DNA of 64,000 bases from Octopus vulgaris (GCA_951406725.2 OX597819.1:11408001-11472000), one strand, 5' to 3'; shown: positions 40,434-56,735, counted from the stretch's first letter. Notes: generated from the sequence alone by a model not told the origin. Program-made: numbers and translations.

Positions 40434-41913
40434 CTATCACTACCTTATTCTCATACTTTACCAACTTTGCTTTTCGTTGAATATTGCCAAATATAAGAGA
40501 TATTTGGAGTACTTGTCTATGTGTGAATGAAAAGTGTCACACACACGCACACAAACGCACACACAAACATAAACACACATACGCACAAACACACACATAT
40601 ATGTATGTATGCATGTATGTATGTATGTATATATGTATGTGTATGTGCATGTATAATTTTACAAACAATGAGCCTAAGAGAAGTACAGCTAAAACAAATG
40701 CAGGCTTATGAAATACCATACAATATAAAACCTTGGTTTATTAAAATTATCTCCACCTCTAGATGAGTCAAGGTCATGTTTCTGCATCAATAGGCGTTAT
40801 CAGCACAGCAACCATCCTATTTAGACGTATGCAAAAAAAGAAAGAAAAAATTTAGACGTATGCAAAAGAGTTGAACACATTTATGGCCGAGGTTATTTAA
40901 ACTAGAATTATTTAAGAGAAATAACTCAGAGAAGCCAGTGGCGTTTATTTGAACAACAGATAAATGCCGGTCTATCAAATATCATACGTGATTGTGTCAT
41001 AATTATTAAATGGCTATTAATACCTATTTCTTTACTACCCACAAGGGGCTAAACACAGAAGGGACAAACAAGGACAGACAAACTGAATAAGTCGATTATA
41101 TCGACCCCAGTGCGTAACTGGTACTTATTTAATCGACCCCGAAAGGATGAAAAGCAAAGTCGACCTTTTATTAATACCAGCTCCACAATAGGAGAGCAAT
41201 CACAAGATTCAAGGAACCTCCAAAGTTGACCTGCCGTCAAGTGTATGGATGGATGGATGGATGGATGGATCCCGTACTCGAGCACTGGGTTACACGGCAG
41301 CGGATTACCTTTCCTTGTCAGTGAGAGACCATAAGGAATCAGCGAATTTATATTGTGTGGTAGAAATAAGTAATTGTGTTTCGTTCAGCAGGGACTGAAG
41401 CGGTGAGTAGTCACCAAAATATCTTGATGTCTCTCGAGGTAGCTTTGCGAATGTTGAGCCTCTTCACCCAAATAAGAAATAAAGCAGATTGTTGTATCTG
41501 TATTATAATGTTCACCGGTGCACTGGAACGCATTAAAAGTGAAAATCCCACTGCATTAGCCTGCTGATTGAGCTAACGATGATACCACGTGTGTGCTGAA
41601 CCATAGCCCCTGTCGAATTAACAAATACAGACATCTTTTTAGTAGCTATGCACAAATATCTATTCCCCATTCTTGTCTTGAGACTCACTCACAATTCAGT
41701 CGCTGCTTAAACCTCAGAAGTTATTTCCTCCCAATTAGCATCTAACACACCCCACTCACTCTATGATAAAAGCACGTTTATTTTGTTAATTCGATAGGAA
41801 AAAAATGTGTATATACACATTCCTAAATACATACACACACATATGTGTGTGTATGTCTGTGCGTGCAATTTATACTTCTAAATTGCTGAGATAGAGTTTG
41901 TATAAATATATGC

Positions 41914-41972
<59 letters not shown>

Positions 41973-41979
41973 CATACAC

Positions 41980-42082
<103 letters not shown>

Positions 42083-42220
42083 ATATACGCGTACCTATAT
42101 ACTCAGGCGCGCGCACACAAACACACTCACGCATACACACACAATGCACACATACATACGTATATAGACATGTATACATACTTATACGTGAGTGTATGTG
42201 TGTGTAAGAGTGAGAGAGAG

Positions 42221-42337
<117 letters not shown>

Positions 42338-42631
42338 GTGTGTGTGTGTGTGATTGAACGTGTTTAACAGCAGAAGAACTGGATTTTCAACAGTCGTATA
42401 CAGCAATTTTCGCGTCGATGCTTTTCAAATCAACACTTCACATTCAATTGTGATTGTTTACAAAAGCAACCAAAAGAGACTCGGAGTAGGCAGCAGCAGC
42501 AGCAGCAGCTGTTGCAAAGCCAATCCTGCCAGTGTTACTCCATTGTACTCTACGTTCTGAGTACCATCTCTTTCGGTCGCTCTATGAAAGTGAACTCTAA
42601 ACCATGCGATTACAAAGGGAAGCTTATATTT

Positions 42632-42789
42632 AGGCGCAAGCGTGGCTGTGTGGTAAGAAGCTTGCTTCCCAACCATATGGCTCCAGTGTTCAGTCCCACT
42701 AGATGGCACCTTGCTGTAGCCTCGGACCGACCAAAGGCTTGTTAGTGGATTTTATAAGCAGAAACTGAAAGAAGCCTGTCGTATATGTA

Positions 42790-42877
<88 letters not shown>

Positions 42878-43260
42878 GATATATATATATACCTACAAAA
42901 TAAGAAAATGGAGAAATACATTCAAATCAAATATCAATTACCAGATAATACCCAATCACATACTTTATTGTGGTTTAATAAAGTATGTGATTGGGTATTA
43001 TCTGGTAATTGATATTTGATTTGGATGTATTTCTCCATTTTCTTATTTTGTATTATGAATTTGTGGTAAAACATTTTACCTTTGCCCATAGAACGCAAAA
43101 CATACAGGCAGTTATGTGATACAAAAGGAGGACAACAAAACATCCAGATACAAAGAAAACATGGACGAGTCATTCGGAGTTTTCTTTCCTCAGTCGAGTT
43201 CCAGATCATCTTTGCAATTTTGGCTGATATATATATATATGTACATGCACACACACACAA

Positions 43261-43293
<33 letters not shown>

Positions 43294-43515
43294 TATTATG
43301 TATGCGTCTGTGTTTGTCTCCCCACCATCGCTTGACAACCGATGTCGTTGTGCTTACGTTCCCGTAACTGAGCGGTTCGGCAAAAGGGACCGATAGAATA
43401 AGCACCAGGCTTATAAAGAATAAGTCCTGTAAACGATTTCTTCCACTGGACAGAAAAAAAAAATTCACGGCAATGCTCCAGGATGGCCGCTGCCGAATGG
43501 TTGAAGTAATAAAAA
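42632..43515 (+). mobile_element. Older SINE C, interrupted at its internal microsatellite by a palindrome-bearing insertion
   Basis: C head at 42632-42785 and C tail at about 43300-43515. Confidence 0.8.
42894..43052. repeat. Near-perfect 76-bp inverted repeat with 7-nt spacer
   Basis: Arms 42894-42969 and 42977-43052, one mismatch. Confidence 0.95.
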
Positions 43516-43694
43516 AAGAATTTAAAAAATAACATACAGAATCTTAATACGTTGCTTTATTACTCATCTCCAGTAGATGTCGCTTTACTCCCAGACACAT
43601 AACATTCTTCAGAATTACACCCTGAAGATGAATGCTGCAAGCAATGGAATGTCAGGCGAATGTAACGACACGTGCATGAGTGTACGAGCGCTTA

Positions 43695-44198
<504 letters not shown>

Positions 44199-44381
44199 TA
44201 ATCCAAACAAGAAAGCACAAAAATCACAACAACGCGAGGACGTGGAACAAATACAGTATTATAGGACGCTCAGGAAAGAACGTTTCGAGCGGAGCTCTTC
44301 GTCGGAAACATAGGAGAAGGAAAGATCCAGAGAAGGGAAGACAGAGGAAAAAAATCGGCAACGGTACACACGAGGTCCATT

Positions 44382-44434
<53 letters not shown>

Positions 44435-44435
<1 letters not shown>

Positions 44436-44830
44436 TACGACGGGCTTCTTTCAGTTTCCGTCTACCAAATCCACTCAGAAGGTTTTGGTAGGCCCGAGGC
44501 TATAGTAGAAGACACTTGCCCAAGGTGCCATGCAGTGTAACTGAACCATGAACCATGTGGTTGGTAGACAAGCTACTTACCACACAGCCGCTCCTGCGCC
44601 TATATATATATTCTTTTATTTGTTTCAGTCACTTGACTGCAGCCATGCTGGAGCACCGCCTTTAGTCGAACAAATCGACCCCACTACTTATACATTGTAA
44701 GCCTAGTACTTATTCTGTCGGGTACTTATGCCGAACCGCTAAGTTACGGGGACGTGAACATACCAATATCGGTTATCAAGCGATGGTGAGGTACAAACAC
44801 ATACACACACACACATACACACATATATAT
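44435..44830 (-). mobile_element. Two adjacent partial SINE C copies
   Basis: Head half 44435-44601 and tail half about 44610-44830. Confidence 0.85.
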
Positions 44831-44993
44831 ATATACGAGATTTTATAACCAGCTACTTTCTTTGTAAATCAGTGACCGGCGGTCACTTTGTTTACAATAT
44901 GTTGCTGGCAGAAGCGGACCTTAGATATCGCCCCAGTGCGCAGGTGCGCGTGGCTGACAAAGAGACAACTATACATACATATATATACACACA

Positions 44994-45103
<110 letters not shown>

Positions 45104-45172
45104 ATAAATAAATAAATATATGCATATATACATACATATATGTACATACTTACATCTACATGTATATATACA

Positions 45173-45210
<38 letters not shown>

Positions 45211-45707
45211 TACAGGACACCACAAATAAACGTAGAACACAACGAGAGCACAACATAGAACACTACATAAAATCAAACAAGGAAACAGACTTTTTTTAAA
45301 CAACGAAAAAACAGAGTACAGGACAAACAATACAAGGAAAATTCCCCTTCATCAGCTGTCCCTGGTTCGACTCAATGCGTGTTTCGAAGGTACGGACAGA
45401 ACACGGCCGAAGTAGTCCTTCCTACAAAAGGAATTAAATAAAAAATTTTTGCAGAGGGGTAAAACAAGTGACAAAAACAGGACGTAAAAGCAATGCAAAT
45501 GAAGAAAAAACAGTACAAATAAAGAAACAGGACAGGGAACCAACAATAAGGGCTTTTTTTTGCCTAGACGGTGGAAAAATTAGTTAGAACGCATGTGAAA
45601 AATCGGCTTACGAACGACAGAAGTCGATCTATACTTGTTGAAGCACGAAGCTGAAAGAAAGTTTAACGGCCCTCTGGTCAGGAGGAGGAGGAGGAGGAGA
45701 GAGAGAG

Positions 45708-45870
45708 AGCGCAGGAGTGGCTGTGTGGTACGTAGCTTGCTAACCAACCACATGGTTCCGGGTTCAGTCCCACTGCGTGGCATCTTGGGCAAGTGTCTTC
45801 TGCTATAGCCTCGGGCCGACCAATGCCTTGTGAGTGGATTTGGTAGACGGAAACTGAAAAGAAACCTGTC

Positions 45871-45946
<76 letters not shown>

Positions 45947-46160
45947 ATATGTTTGTGCGTCTGTGTTTGTCCCTCTAGCATTGCTTGACAACCGATGCTG
46001 GTGTGTTTACGTCCCCGTCACTTAGCGGTTCGGCAAAAGAGACCGATAGAATAAGTACTGGGCTTACAAAGAATAAGTCCCGGGGTTGATTTACTCGACT
46101 GAAGGCGGTGCTCCAGCATGACCGCAGTCAAATGACAGAAACAAGTAAAAGAATAAAAGA
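45708..46160 (+). mobile_element. SINE C, full length with internal (TA)n(TG)n
   Basis: GCGCAGGAGTGGCTGTGTGG...GAAACAAGTAAAAGAATAAAAGA. Confidence 0.92.
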
Positions 46161-46195
<35 letters not shown>

Positions 46196-46571
46196 TACAT
46201 ACATACATACATACATACATACATGCATACATACACACATACATACATACATACATACATACATACATACATACATACATACATACATACATACATCAAT
46301 ACATACATACATACATATATATATTCACACACACACGCGAGCATATAGCTGTGTACATACGTGTGTGTGATTGTGTAAATGTATGTATGATGCTGTGAAT
46401 GCTATGTAGATGGGTGGATGTTATTTATAGCTGTGGCTGTCGGAATGGTGTGGGCGTTGAAACGAATCTGTGCCTCCCATTTCAAGTGCTTTTGCAAAAA
46501 GTTTTAATTAATCAGTTTATTTATAGACATGTCTGTATCTAGCTATTCATACATACGAGTGTATGTATAAA

Positions 46572-46677
<106 letters not shown>

Positions 46678-46776
46678 AAATATATATATGACATATAATA
46701 TATATATACATATATAATATATATGTATATGTGTGTGTGTGTATGTATGTGTGTGTAAATACATATATGACATATA

Positions 46777-46904
<128 letters not shown>

Positions 46905-46910
46905 ATGCAT

Positions 46911-46941
<31 letters not shown>

Positions 46942-46955
46942 TCAGACAGACAGAC

Positions 46956-47055
<100 letters not shown>

Positions 47056-48267
47056 GATGGATGGATGGATGGATGGATGGATGGATGTACACATATTTAC
47101 AAACACGTGTATATATTATCTTCCGTTTTTAATGCTTTGAAATTTTCATTTTAAAGAAGGGCAGGTCCCCAAATTAGAATCAAAGAATCACCGCAAGAAT
47201 TTAGACAAACCCAAAGAGGAATAATAACATTGATGAATTTGAGAAAACCGCTGCATCCTCTTCCTGTTCGTCTAACATGTTGTATTTGTAAGTTGGCATT
47301 TCTTTGCCTGAAGCCTCTACCTTTTCCAGATTGGCATTTAGACATTTACAGATGAAAACCAAACGTGCCATTAATTATGGGTACAAATAAATACTGTAAG
47401 TTTGAATGCACTTCTAAAATACAGATATATGTCCACGGGTGGAGACTTGGAAGCCGAATAATGGGCATCTATTAATTATTTAAAATTTATTTTGACAATA
47501 GACGTAGGTATTGCTATTTGGGGAATAAGCGTTCAAAGTTAGCTTGATTAGAAATATACGTATAGAACAAATTTTGGCAATTTTCCATCCGAAATATTTT
47601 ATAATTTATGAGAAAACTGCAAAAGTGAAACAATCCTCTCTGTATGGAATCATTCTCTCATCTATGTCTGCATGTTTATGAAACGTTATACACACTGTCT
47701 GCCGAGTTATATTTATGAAGACACACTCTGTTGTGGCGGTGGTTATTCATTTTTTTTAAATGTATGTTTAGCAAGGAATTATGTAAGCTTTCTTCTCGGT
47801 GTGTGGCTGGGATGTAAACTTCTTAACTACAAGGACAGACTAATCTCTGCTCATCGATCAATGCTACATTGCATAAAATGGAAGTCCAGATACGCCGCCC
47901 GACGCAAACAACAACACACACACGCACACACACTCATACGTCTATATATATATGTATGTATGCATGTATGTATGTATGTATGTATGCATGTATGTATGTA
48001 TGTATGTATGTATGTATGTATGTATATATATATTTATATATATATGTATATATGTATGTATATATATATATATATGTATGTATGTATGATTTGAAAACCC
48101 CACTAGAATGGGAGAAAGCGCTAATGATCTAAGTGATATGATATATATATATAAAAAATGTAATATATAAATAAATATCTGTAAATATAAACCATCCGAT
48201 CTTCTGAGTACCTCATTTCTTCTAATATATAATACCTGTACATCATCTCCAAACCTTCTAATATATA

Positions 48268-48387
<120 letters not shown>

Positions 48388-48430
48388 ATATATATATTTA
48401 TATATATGTATGTATGTATATATGTATATG

Positions 48431-49501
<1,071 letters not shown>

Positions 49502-49513
49502 GTGTATATATAC

Positions 49514-49547
<34 letters not shown>

Positions 49548-49997
49548 CTGCATATATACATAGGGAGAATTCACGAAAAAAACAAAAAACGAAGCCAGGT
49601 GGTGTAGACAACAAACAGATGTATTAGTATAACGCTCAGGAATTGAAAAAGTCTGTTGCGTTTCGAGCCTACGCCCTTCCAAAGAAAGTAACACAAAAAG
49701 AAACTGGGAGAGAAACAAGGACAGAAAAAAAATGTGTGTTGTGGCTACCGATCTATCATGGCGATATGCATAGGTGAGGCACGCGTGTGTGTGTGTGTGT
49801 CTGCACTTAAATAATTTCATGTAACTAATACGTGAAAACTGAATTATTAATTGTGGTTTTGATGTCTATCTACTATCGATGGTGTATTAGCAGAGCTGTT
49901 AGGACGTCAGATAATGACGTCCTACAGCATTTGTTCTACTCTGCTGGGAGTTCCATCCCTACGTAAGGTGTCGATTTTAATCCAGCAACCTTTTTTT

Positions 49998-50121
49998 TTA
50001 AACACTACTACGTGGCACCAACGGTAACTTTGTCGGAGCCCACTCATTTGAAAGAATTTCGACCCGATTTCTGGTTTGAGGGTACCTGCTTTCTCCCCGC
50101 CCCCGTCCAGACTTGGATCCC
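49998..50121 (-). CDS. Candidate host exon, possibly terminal
   Basis: Unique GC-richer island; acceptor GACCTTTTCAG; one frame gives GSKSGRGRGESRYPQTRNRVEILSNEWAPTKLPLVPRSSV*. Another frame is also open. Confidence 0.3.
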
Positions 50122-50271
50122 CTGAAAAGGTCATAACCACAAACTTCCTTCTTTACTATAACAAAACCTAAAGATTCGCTGATGAATGTAGCCGAATTAT
50201 GACAGTCTGGTGAAGAGGTTCGCTTCGCCTTCACATATCGAAAATACGATTACTAATTTCTTTTTCTCTAG

Positions 50272-50590
50272 GAGCAGGCGTAGCTGTGTGGTAAAAAGTT
50301 TGCCTCTCGCCCACATGGTTCGGGGTTCAGTCTTACTTGTGGCACCTCGGTTAAGTGACTTCTTCTATAGTCTCAGGTCGACCGAAGCCTTGTGAGTGAT
50401 ATTTGTAGACGGAAACTGAAAGACGCCTGTCGTATATGTGTACGTGTTTGTCCCCACCACCGCTTGACAACCGGTGTTGGAGAGTTTTCCTCGCCATAAC
50501 TTAGCGGTTCGGCAAAAGGGACCTATAGAATAAGTGCCAGGCTTAAAAAGTAAATACTGAAATTCGATTCGTTCGACTAAAATTCTTGAT
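50272..50590 (+). mobile_element. Older SINE C
   Basis: Diverged match to 45708-46160. Confidence 0.8.
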
Positions 50591-50891
50591 AAACTATGAA
50601 GATAAAAGATAGAATGAAACCGATAAGAATATGAAGAGTTTCCATAAGTAGACAAACAGACGAGCAGACAGAATATACAGCGTTTCATAACATGTACATA
50701 CGGTTAGATTATAAAATGGCGTCATCCAGTTAATTTTGTTTCATTCTGACAGTGATGTTATTAATTATGAAATATTTCGGATGAAAAATTGCCAAACTTT
50801 GCTCTGTGCATATTTCTAATCAAGCTAATTTTGATCTTTTATGTTGTATCTCAGTAGCAGAGTGTCCCAATGCCAATAATAAACAGACTAA

Positions 50892-51307
50892 AGGCAACAA
50901 GCTGGCAGAAACGTTAGCACTCCGGGCGAAATGCTTAGTGGTATTTCCTCTGCTGCTACGTTCTGAGTTCAAATTCCGCCGAGGTCGACTTTGCTTTTCA
51001 TCCTTTCGGGGTCGATAAATTAAGCACCAGTTACGCACTGGGGTCGATGTAATCGACTTAATACCTATGTCTGTCCTTGTTTGTCCCCTCTATGTTTAGC
51101 CCCTTGTGGGTAATAAAGAAATAGGTATTTCCTCTGCTGCTACGTTCTGAGTTCAAATTCCGCCGAGGTCGACTTTGCTTTTCATCCTTTCAGGGTCGAT
51201 AAAATAAGTACCAGTTACACACTGGGGTCGATGTAATCGACTTAATCCGTTTGTCTGTCCTTGTTTGTCCCCACTGTGTTTAGCCCCTAATGGCAGTAAA
51301 AGAAATA
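50892..51307 (+). mobile_element. Dimeric SINE A (184-bp internal period)
   Basis: GGTATTTCCTCTGCTGCTACG at 50940 and 51124. Confidence 0.9.
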
Positions 51308-52268
51308 ATAAACACACTAATTCTATTTCACTGGAGTAGAGAGGGCAGCCATTGTTGAGGTTGTGAATAGCGACGAAATGATTTTGACAAACTTAACTCA
51401 TTGTTTGAGCGACCGGACGATTAATCAAACCATCGATTAGTTAATTAGTTACATAGTTAAGTAATTGACAAATAAAGAAGAAAGAAGTGAGGTAGTACCA
51501 GTGCCTGTGTCTATTATTGGCATAATTAACCTCCCGAAATGCAACAAAATATGTTTCACATCAAGATGCTTGCAAGACAAATACAAAAACTAAATCACTT
51601 TCAATTTTATTTTCCAAACAGAAAGAAAAAGGCTGATGATTACCTCCAGGGTCAGAATTGGCAATAATTCATTATCGACATCCCAGGTCTCCACTTGGAT
51701 TTTACAAATGACTTCACACGTACAACTTACATCGTTGCTCATAATTCTTGGTGCCTTTCATTTCGCTAGTAAGCGCCTAGACACTGGATGAAGAAATTCC
51801 AAATCACCTCTGCATATATATGCAGTTGTGACGTTCGAGAAACTTTCCTCCTTGTGCCTGGATATCCAGGTTGATCCAATAATTACATGTAAACCGTGAA
51901 AACCTGTTGCCTCAAAAAAGGTTGTACCATAAATTCTATCTGAAATAGAAAATGATGCTTCTATATATTCTATTATTTGGAGGATTGTGAAATAAAATCC
52001 TAGGGAGATAGTAATGATTATAGAGTGAGTTACAGATTTTAAATTGTTATTTATTAGTGAATGGTGTGCTCAGGTGACGGATACACCAGAGGCTAGTAAG
52101 ATTGCTGTACTTAGTAAAGGGATTTGAAATGGATTAAGGGGAAAAATATAAATGGATGTAGCAAGCGCGTTGTATTGCACCGTTGAAAAGGGCAACATTA
52201 CTTTGATATCAAGTCAACAGTTGACAAGGAGAAAGTCACACTGTGGTACCTATATGTTGACTATGGTT

Positions 52269-52617
52269 GCTTTAAAACATCCTGAACGTTGATGCCCTCA
52301 ACGCTAACCATTTGAATTCACCCCACCTCCCCCTGGGCAATAACCCCGCCCAAGGACAATGACTCCTGAGGACAACAGATGATGATTTAAAACGTCTTAA
52401 TATATTGGAGAGGGGGTAATTAACCAAGGGTGGAATAATTGTCCAGGGGTAGTTGTCGTCGGAGGGTTGGGAATTGTCCTATGGGGCGATAATTGTCCTG
52501 ATACCGTTTGAGACATATGCTCAACGTGAAGTAGATCGTGTACTCCGGACTCTGAAGTTCAAGAAAAAATTCAAATGGTTAGCGTTGAGGGCACCACCGT
52601 TCGGGATGTTTTAAAGC
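52269..52617. mobile_element. MITE with 50-bp TIRs
   Basis: 52269-52318 GCTTTAAAACATCC..GCCCTCAACGCTAACCATTTGAATT is the reverse complement of 52568-52617. Confidence 0.88.
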
Positions 52618-53120
52618 GGCGTGGACATCTTGTTCGAATGAGTAAGACCAGAATTCCAAAGCAACTATTTTATGGAGAATTGTACAAAGTAAAGAAGAAA
52701 AGTTCAAAACACGGACACAGGTATAATGACTTTTCGTAAGATGAACTTGTGTTGTTTCTGTTGAGAACTAAGAAGAATTAGCTGTTGATAGAACAAAGTG
52801 GAGAAAGACAATCTTTGATAGTGTGGAATTATTTGAGAGAGAAAGAATTCATCATGCGCAATATATAGAAATAATTCGAAAGAGGAAGCAAGCAACGTCA
52901 AAAGCTGCAGACAAAATTAGTGCGAAATACGGGGAAGAATCTGTGTTTCTGTCGCTGGTTTCAAGAGTCACTTGAAAAGGAATGATGAAAGGCAATTTGG
53001 CTTCAAGTACGATCTGTATGGCAAAGTGACGAAGCTGAAAGATAGCACGAAGAGTCATTTACGAAGTCATACAAGGACAGAGGCTCAAGAAATTCCAAGA
53101 CGTCATACTCGAGGGCGTTG
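52618..53120 (+). mobile_element. Degenerate RTE LINE 3' end
   Basis: RGHLVRMSKTRIPKQLFYGEL and decayed zinc fingers CEIRGRICVSVAGFKSHL...KSHLRSH. Confidence 0.8.
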
Positions 53121-53131
53121 TGTACTAGTAT

Positions 53132-53165
<34 letters not shown>

Positions 53166-53295
53166 CACAGACTACACACACGTACACATACTACACACAC
53201 TACATACACGCACACAGATAGACAGACAGATGGATAGACAGACACACAGACAGACATACGGGCGGACGGACAGACAGATAGATAGATAGATAGAC

Positions 53296-53405
<110 letters not shown>

Positions 53406-54162
53406 ATAGATAGATGAAGCAGATTTCAGTGTGACTGGTGGTGACATGTATTATTTGAAAAAAGCTTCAGAAATAGAATGAAATTACCATGAAGAGTATG
53501 ACATGCAACATTTCGGATTGAGTCAGTCTTCAAGATTAAAATGAAAAGCAGGAGAAAAGGAAAGACAACAAACTTTTCGCTCCTTAATGTTTGGATAACT
53601 GGCTGCAACTGATGGGGAACTGACGAAGAAGTAGTAAGAGAGGAAAACTAGGTGTGAGATGTAGAAAGAAAGAGAAAGGAAATGAGGAAGAGAAGTGGGT
53701 GGTGGTGAGATGGAGGGAAAAATTGAAATCAGAACTGAAAAGAAAAGACAGCTGAGATTACTGAACTAAGATAGGGTGGGGAAGGAGTTGAAAGGAAAAA
53801 GATCATTTAAACTCATTAGTGCCATGGTTCTGAGTTTGAATATGAAGCATTGTTCTTTTCGTTTCTTTGACTGTGTGAATCTATGGTGTATGAACATACT
53901 GCACATCGAGAAGTGGGTAATGGAATGACCCGTTCACTTGAATTGACGATAGATTGGCCTGGCATACGTTGTGGTGTTTTGAAATCCCTCGCGAAAACTC
54001 TCGGGAAGGCGACAGACAAATGTAAAGTTTGCAAATGAAACAATATATAAAATTGGCAATATGTTGCACCGGGTCTAAGTAGCAGTCACGTGGTACTGTT
54101 ACTTAGGGCCGGTAACGAATGTAGTGTTGTTTATCTAGAAACAGGTGTTGCGTCATCGGAGA

Positions 54163-54552
54163 GTGAGTGGAAGCACTCCGTCGGTTACGACGACGAGGGT
54201 TCCGGTTGATCCGAATCAACGGAACAGCCTGCTCGTGAAATTAACGTGTAAGTGGCTGAGCACTCCACAGACACGTGTACCCTTAACGTAGTTCTCGGGG
54301 ATATTCAGCGAGACACAGAGAGTGACAAGGCCGGCCCTTTGAAATACAGGTACAACAGAAACAGGAAGTAAGAGTGAGAGAAAGTTGTGGCGAAAGAGTA
54401 CAGCAGGGATCACCACCATCCCCTGCCGGAGCCTCGTGGAGCTTTTAGGTATTTTCGCTCAATAAACACTCACAGCGCCCGGTCTGGGAATCGAAACCGC
54501 AATCCTATGACCGCGAGTCCGCTGCCCTAACCACTGGGCCATTGCGCCTCCT
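54163..54552 (-). mobile_element. SINE B (tail B1) with 12-bp TSD
   Basis: CGTCATCGGAGA at 54151-54162 and 54553-54564. Confidence 0.93.
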
Positions 54553-54929
54553 CGTCATCGGAGAACACACTCAGAAGAGTTTGGTTGTGAGGGACTCAAT
54601 GTCGCAGAGTTTCTAACTCGGAGGTTGCTGAGATCCCAACCTTTCTTGAAGGCGAAGGTGAAGTGGGGAGGGAACGAATCGTAGCGGGGCTGACAAGTCG
54701 AATTCGGGGGTTGTGGAGAAGTGGAAGGATGGACTGGTGGAAGGTGAGTGGGAGAGAGTGGAATCTGATCTGTAGATGTATGTAAACACGGTAGAAGAGG
54801 GGAGGCGTGGTCGATGGCTTGGACCTTGCGAAATGCAGAGTTCGCTTGATTCAGCGAGAAATATTGCATTTCTTCAAATCGGGATTTGAATACCAAATAA
54901 ATGACGTAGAATCGGTAAAGCTACAGACA

Positions 54930-55338
54930 CTCTTTACTCTTTTACTCTTTTACTTGTTTCAGTCATTTGACTGTGGCCATGCTGGAGCACCGCCTTTTAG
55001 TCGAGCAACTTGACCCCGGGACTTATTCTTTGTAAGCCCAGTACTTATTCTATCGGTCTCTTTTGCCGAACCGCTAAGTTACGGGGATGTAAACACACCA
55101 GCATCGGTTGTCAAGCAATGCTAGGGGGACACACAAACACACACACACACATATATACATACATACATATATACGACAGGCTTCTTTCAGTTTCCGTCTA
55201 CCAAATCCACTCACAAGGCATTGGTCGGCCCGGGGCTATAGCAGAAGACGCTTGCCCAAGGTGCCACGCAGTGGGACTGAACACGGAGCCATGTGGTTGG
55301 TTAGCAAGCTACTTACCACACAGCCACTCCTGCGCCTA
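54930..55338 (-). mobile_element. SINE C, full length
   Basis: Match to 45708-46160. Confidence 0.92.
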
Positions 55339-55759
55339 TGAGAGAATGGTAAGAAAGAAGGAGTAGAATTGGGCTGAGAGATAGATTAGTGGGGGGGAGC
55401 AGCGGCAGTGGGTTGGTCTGTTGTAGACGAACGTGAACAGGTGGATATTGTAGATAGTGATGAAGGTGTCGAGAAAACTCTGTATGTGTGTGTATATGGA
55501 AGTGGGGGGGGTGTTCGTGGAAATGAGATTCACAGAAACTAAACACTACATATCTACTCGCTTAAAAGAATAACTCACTGAGAGTTTTCAAAGAATAATT
55601 ATTAATTATAAATTAAATTATATATATATATATTTATATATATATACACACGTGTGTGTATGTCTATGTATGTGCGTATGCATGTATATGTATATATAAA
55701 ACTAATTTATAATTAATAATTTTCTTAGAAGGCTATCAGTTTCAGCTATATATGTGTAC

Positions 55760-55817
<58 letters not shown>

Positions 55818-55903
55818 TATGTATGTATGTATGTATATCTATATATATATACATATATATATATATATACCCACACACACACATATATATATACACACAC
55901 ACA

Positions 55904-55952
<49 letters not shown>

Positions 55953-56045
55953 CACATATATATGCACACATACACACTCAGGTTAGCACACAAACACACG
56001 CACAGGCATCTATAGATGGATGGCTATTATGTATGTTATGATTTA

Positions 56046-56116
<71 letters not shown>

Positions 56117-56476
56117 CGTGTGGTTATACATGTCTATGTATAGAATGCAAGATTATTTAATTAAATGAAAGACATTTCAACAAGATAAAATACTGGACTG
56201 GTTCGTTTGACCGAAATTCCTCACATAACTCCACTAATGCCGTCCCTTGTTTCAGCATTCCTTCCTTCTTTCCTTCTTTCCTTTCTTGCTTCAGTTATCT
56301 ATATATTGCGGCAGCAACGGAGCAGGAAGAGGTGCTCAGGGGGTGGTGATGGCGGTGATGGTGGAGATGGTGGAGGCGGTGGTGGAGGTGGTGGAAGTGG
56401 TGATGGTGGTGGTGGTAGAACAAAGCCAAACTGTGCTGCACTCTGGACAGTTGGAGGTGATGTTTGCACACTCTCC

Positions 56477-56526
<50 letters not shown>

Positions 56527-56735
56527 CTGTCCTTATTCACTCTCTTTCAGATCTACCGAAGAGCCATTGTACATGTGTGTGTGTGTGTGTATGTGTGTGT
56601 GTGTGTGTGGACATGTGTGCATGTATCTTGCGTTGCAACGAATATGCTTGTGCTACAATTATGTATCTGTATGTGTAAGTGTGTACGCGTACATATTTGT
56701 ATGCATGCACATACATACACATGCACACCCACTCT

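Larger units (their letters stand above)
53500..55550 (-). mobile_element. Decayed Penelope-like retroelement (RT C-terminus plus GIY-YIG endonuclease), interrupted by two SINEs
   Basis: SFLDTFITI....LFTFVYNRPT (PLE RT FLD...T.VY.KPT, about 55410-55480); NFIYCFICKLYI and TGHSITHF...RKEQCFIFKLRTMALMSLN (GIY-YIG, about 53800-54060); decayed hammerhead at 53503-53537. Confidence 0.75.

Noticed and set aside
41170-41620. Unique-looking sequence with possible minus-strand acceptors
   Set aside because: All frames after the best acceptor hit stops quickly, and no recognisable product.
47140-47300. Plus-strand exon-like segment with GTAAGT donor
   Set aside because: No recognisable protein and no compatible neighbouring exon on that strand.
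51640-51880. Possible BEL/Pao integrase remnant on the minus strand (FFIQCL...PRIMSND)
   Set aside because: Too decayed to support by eye, and no LTRs were found.
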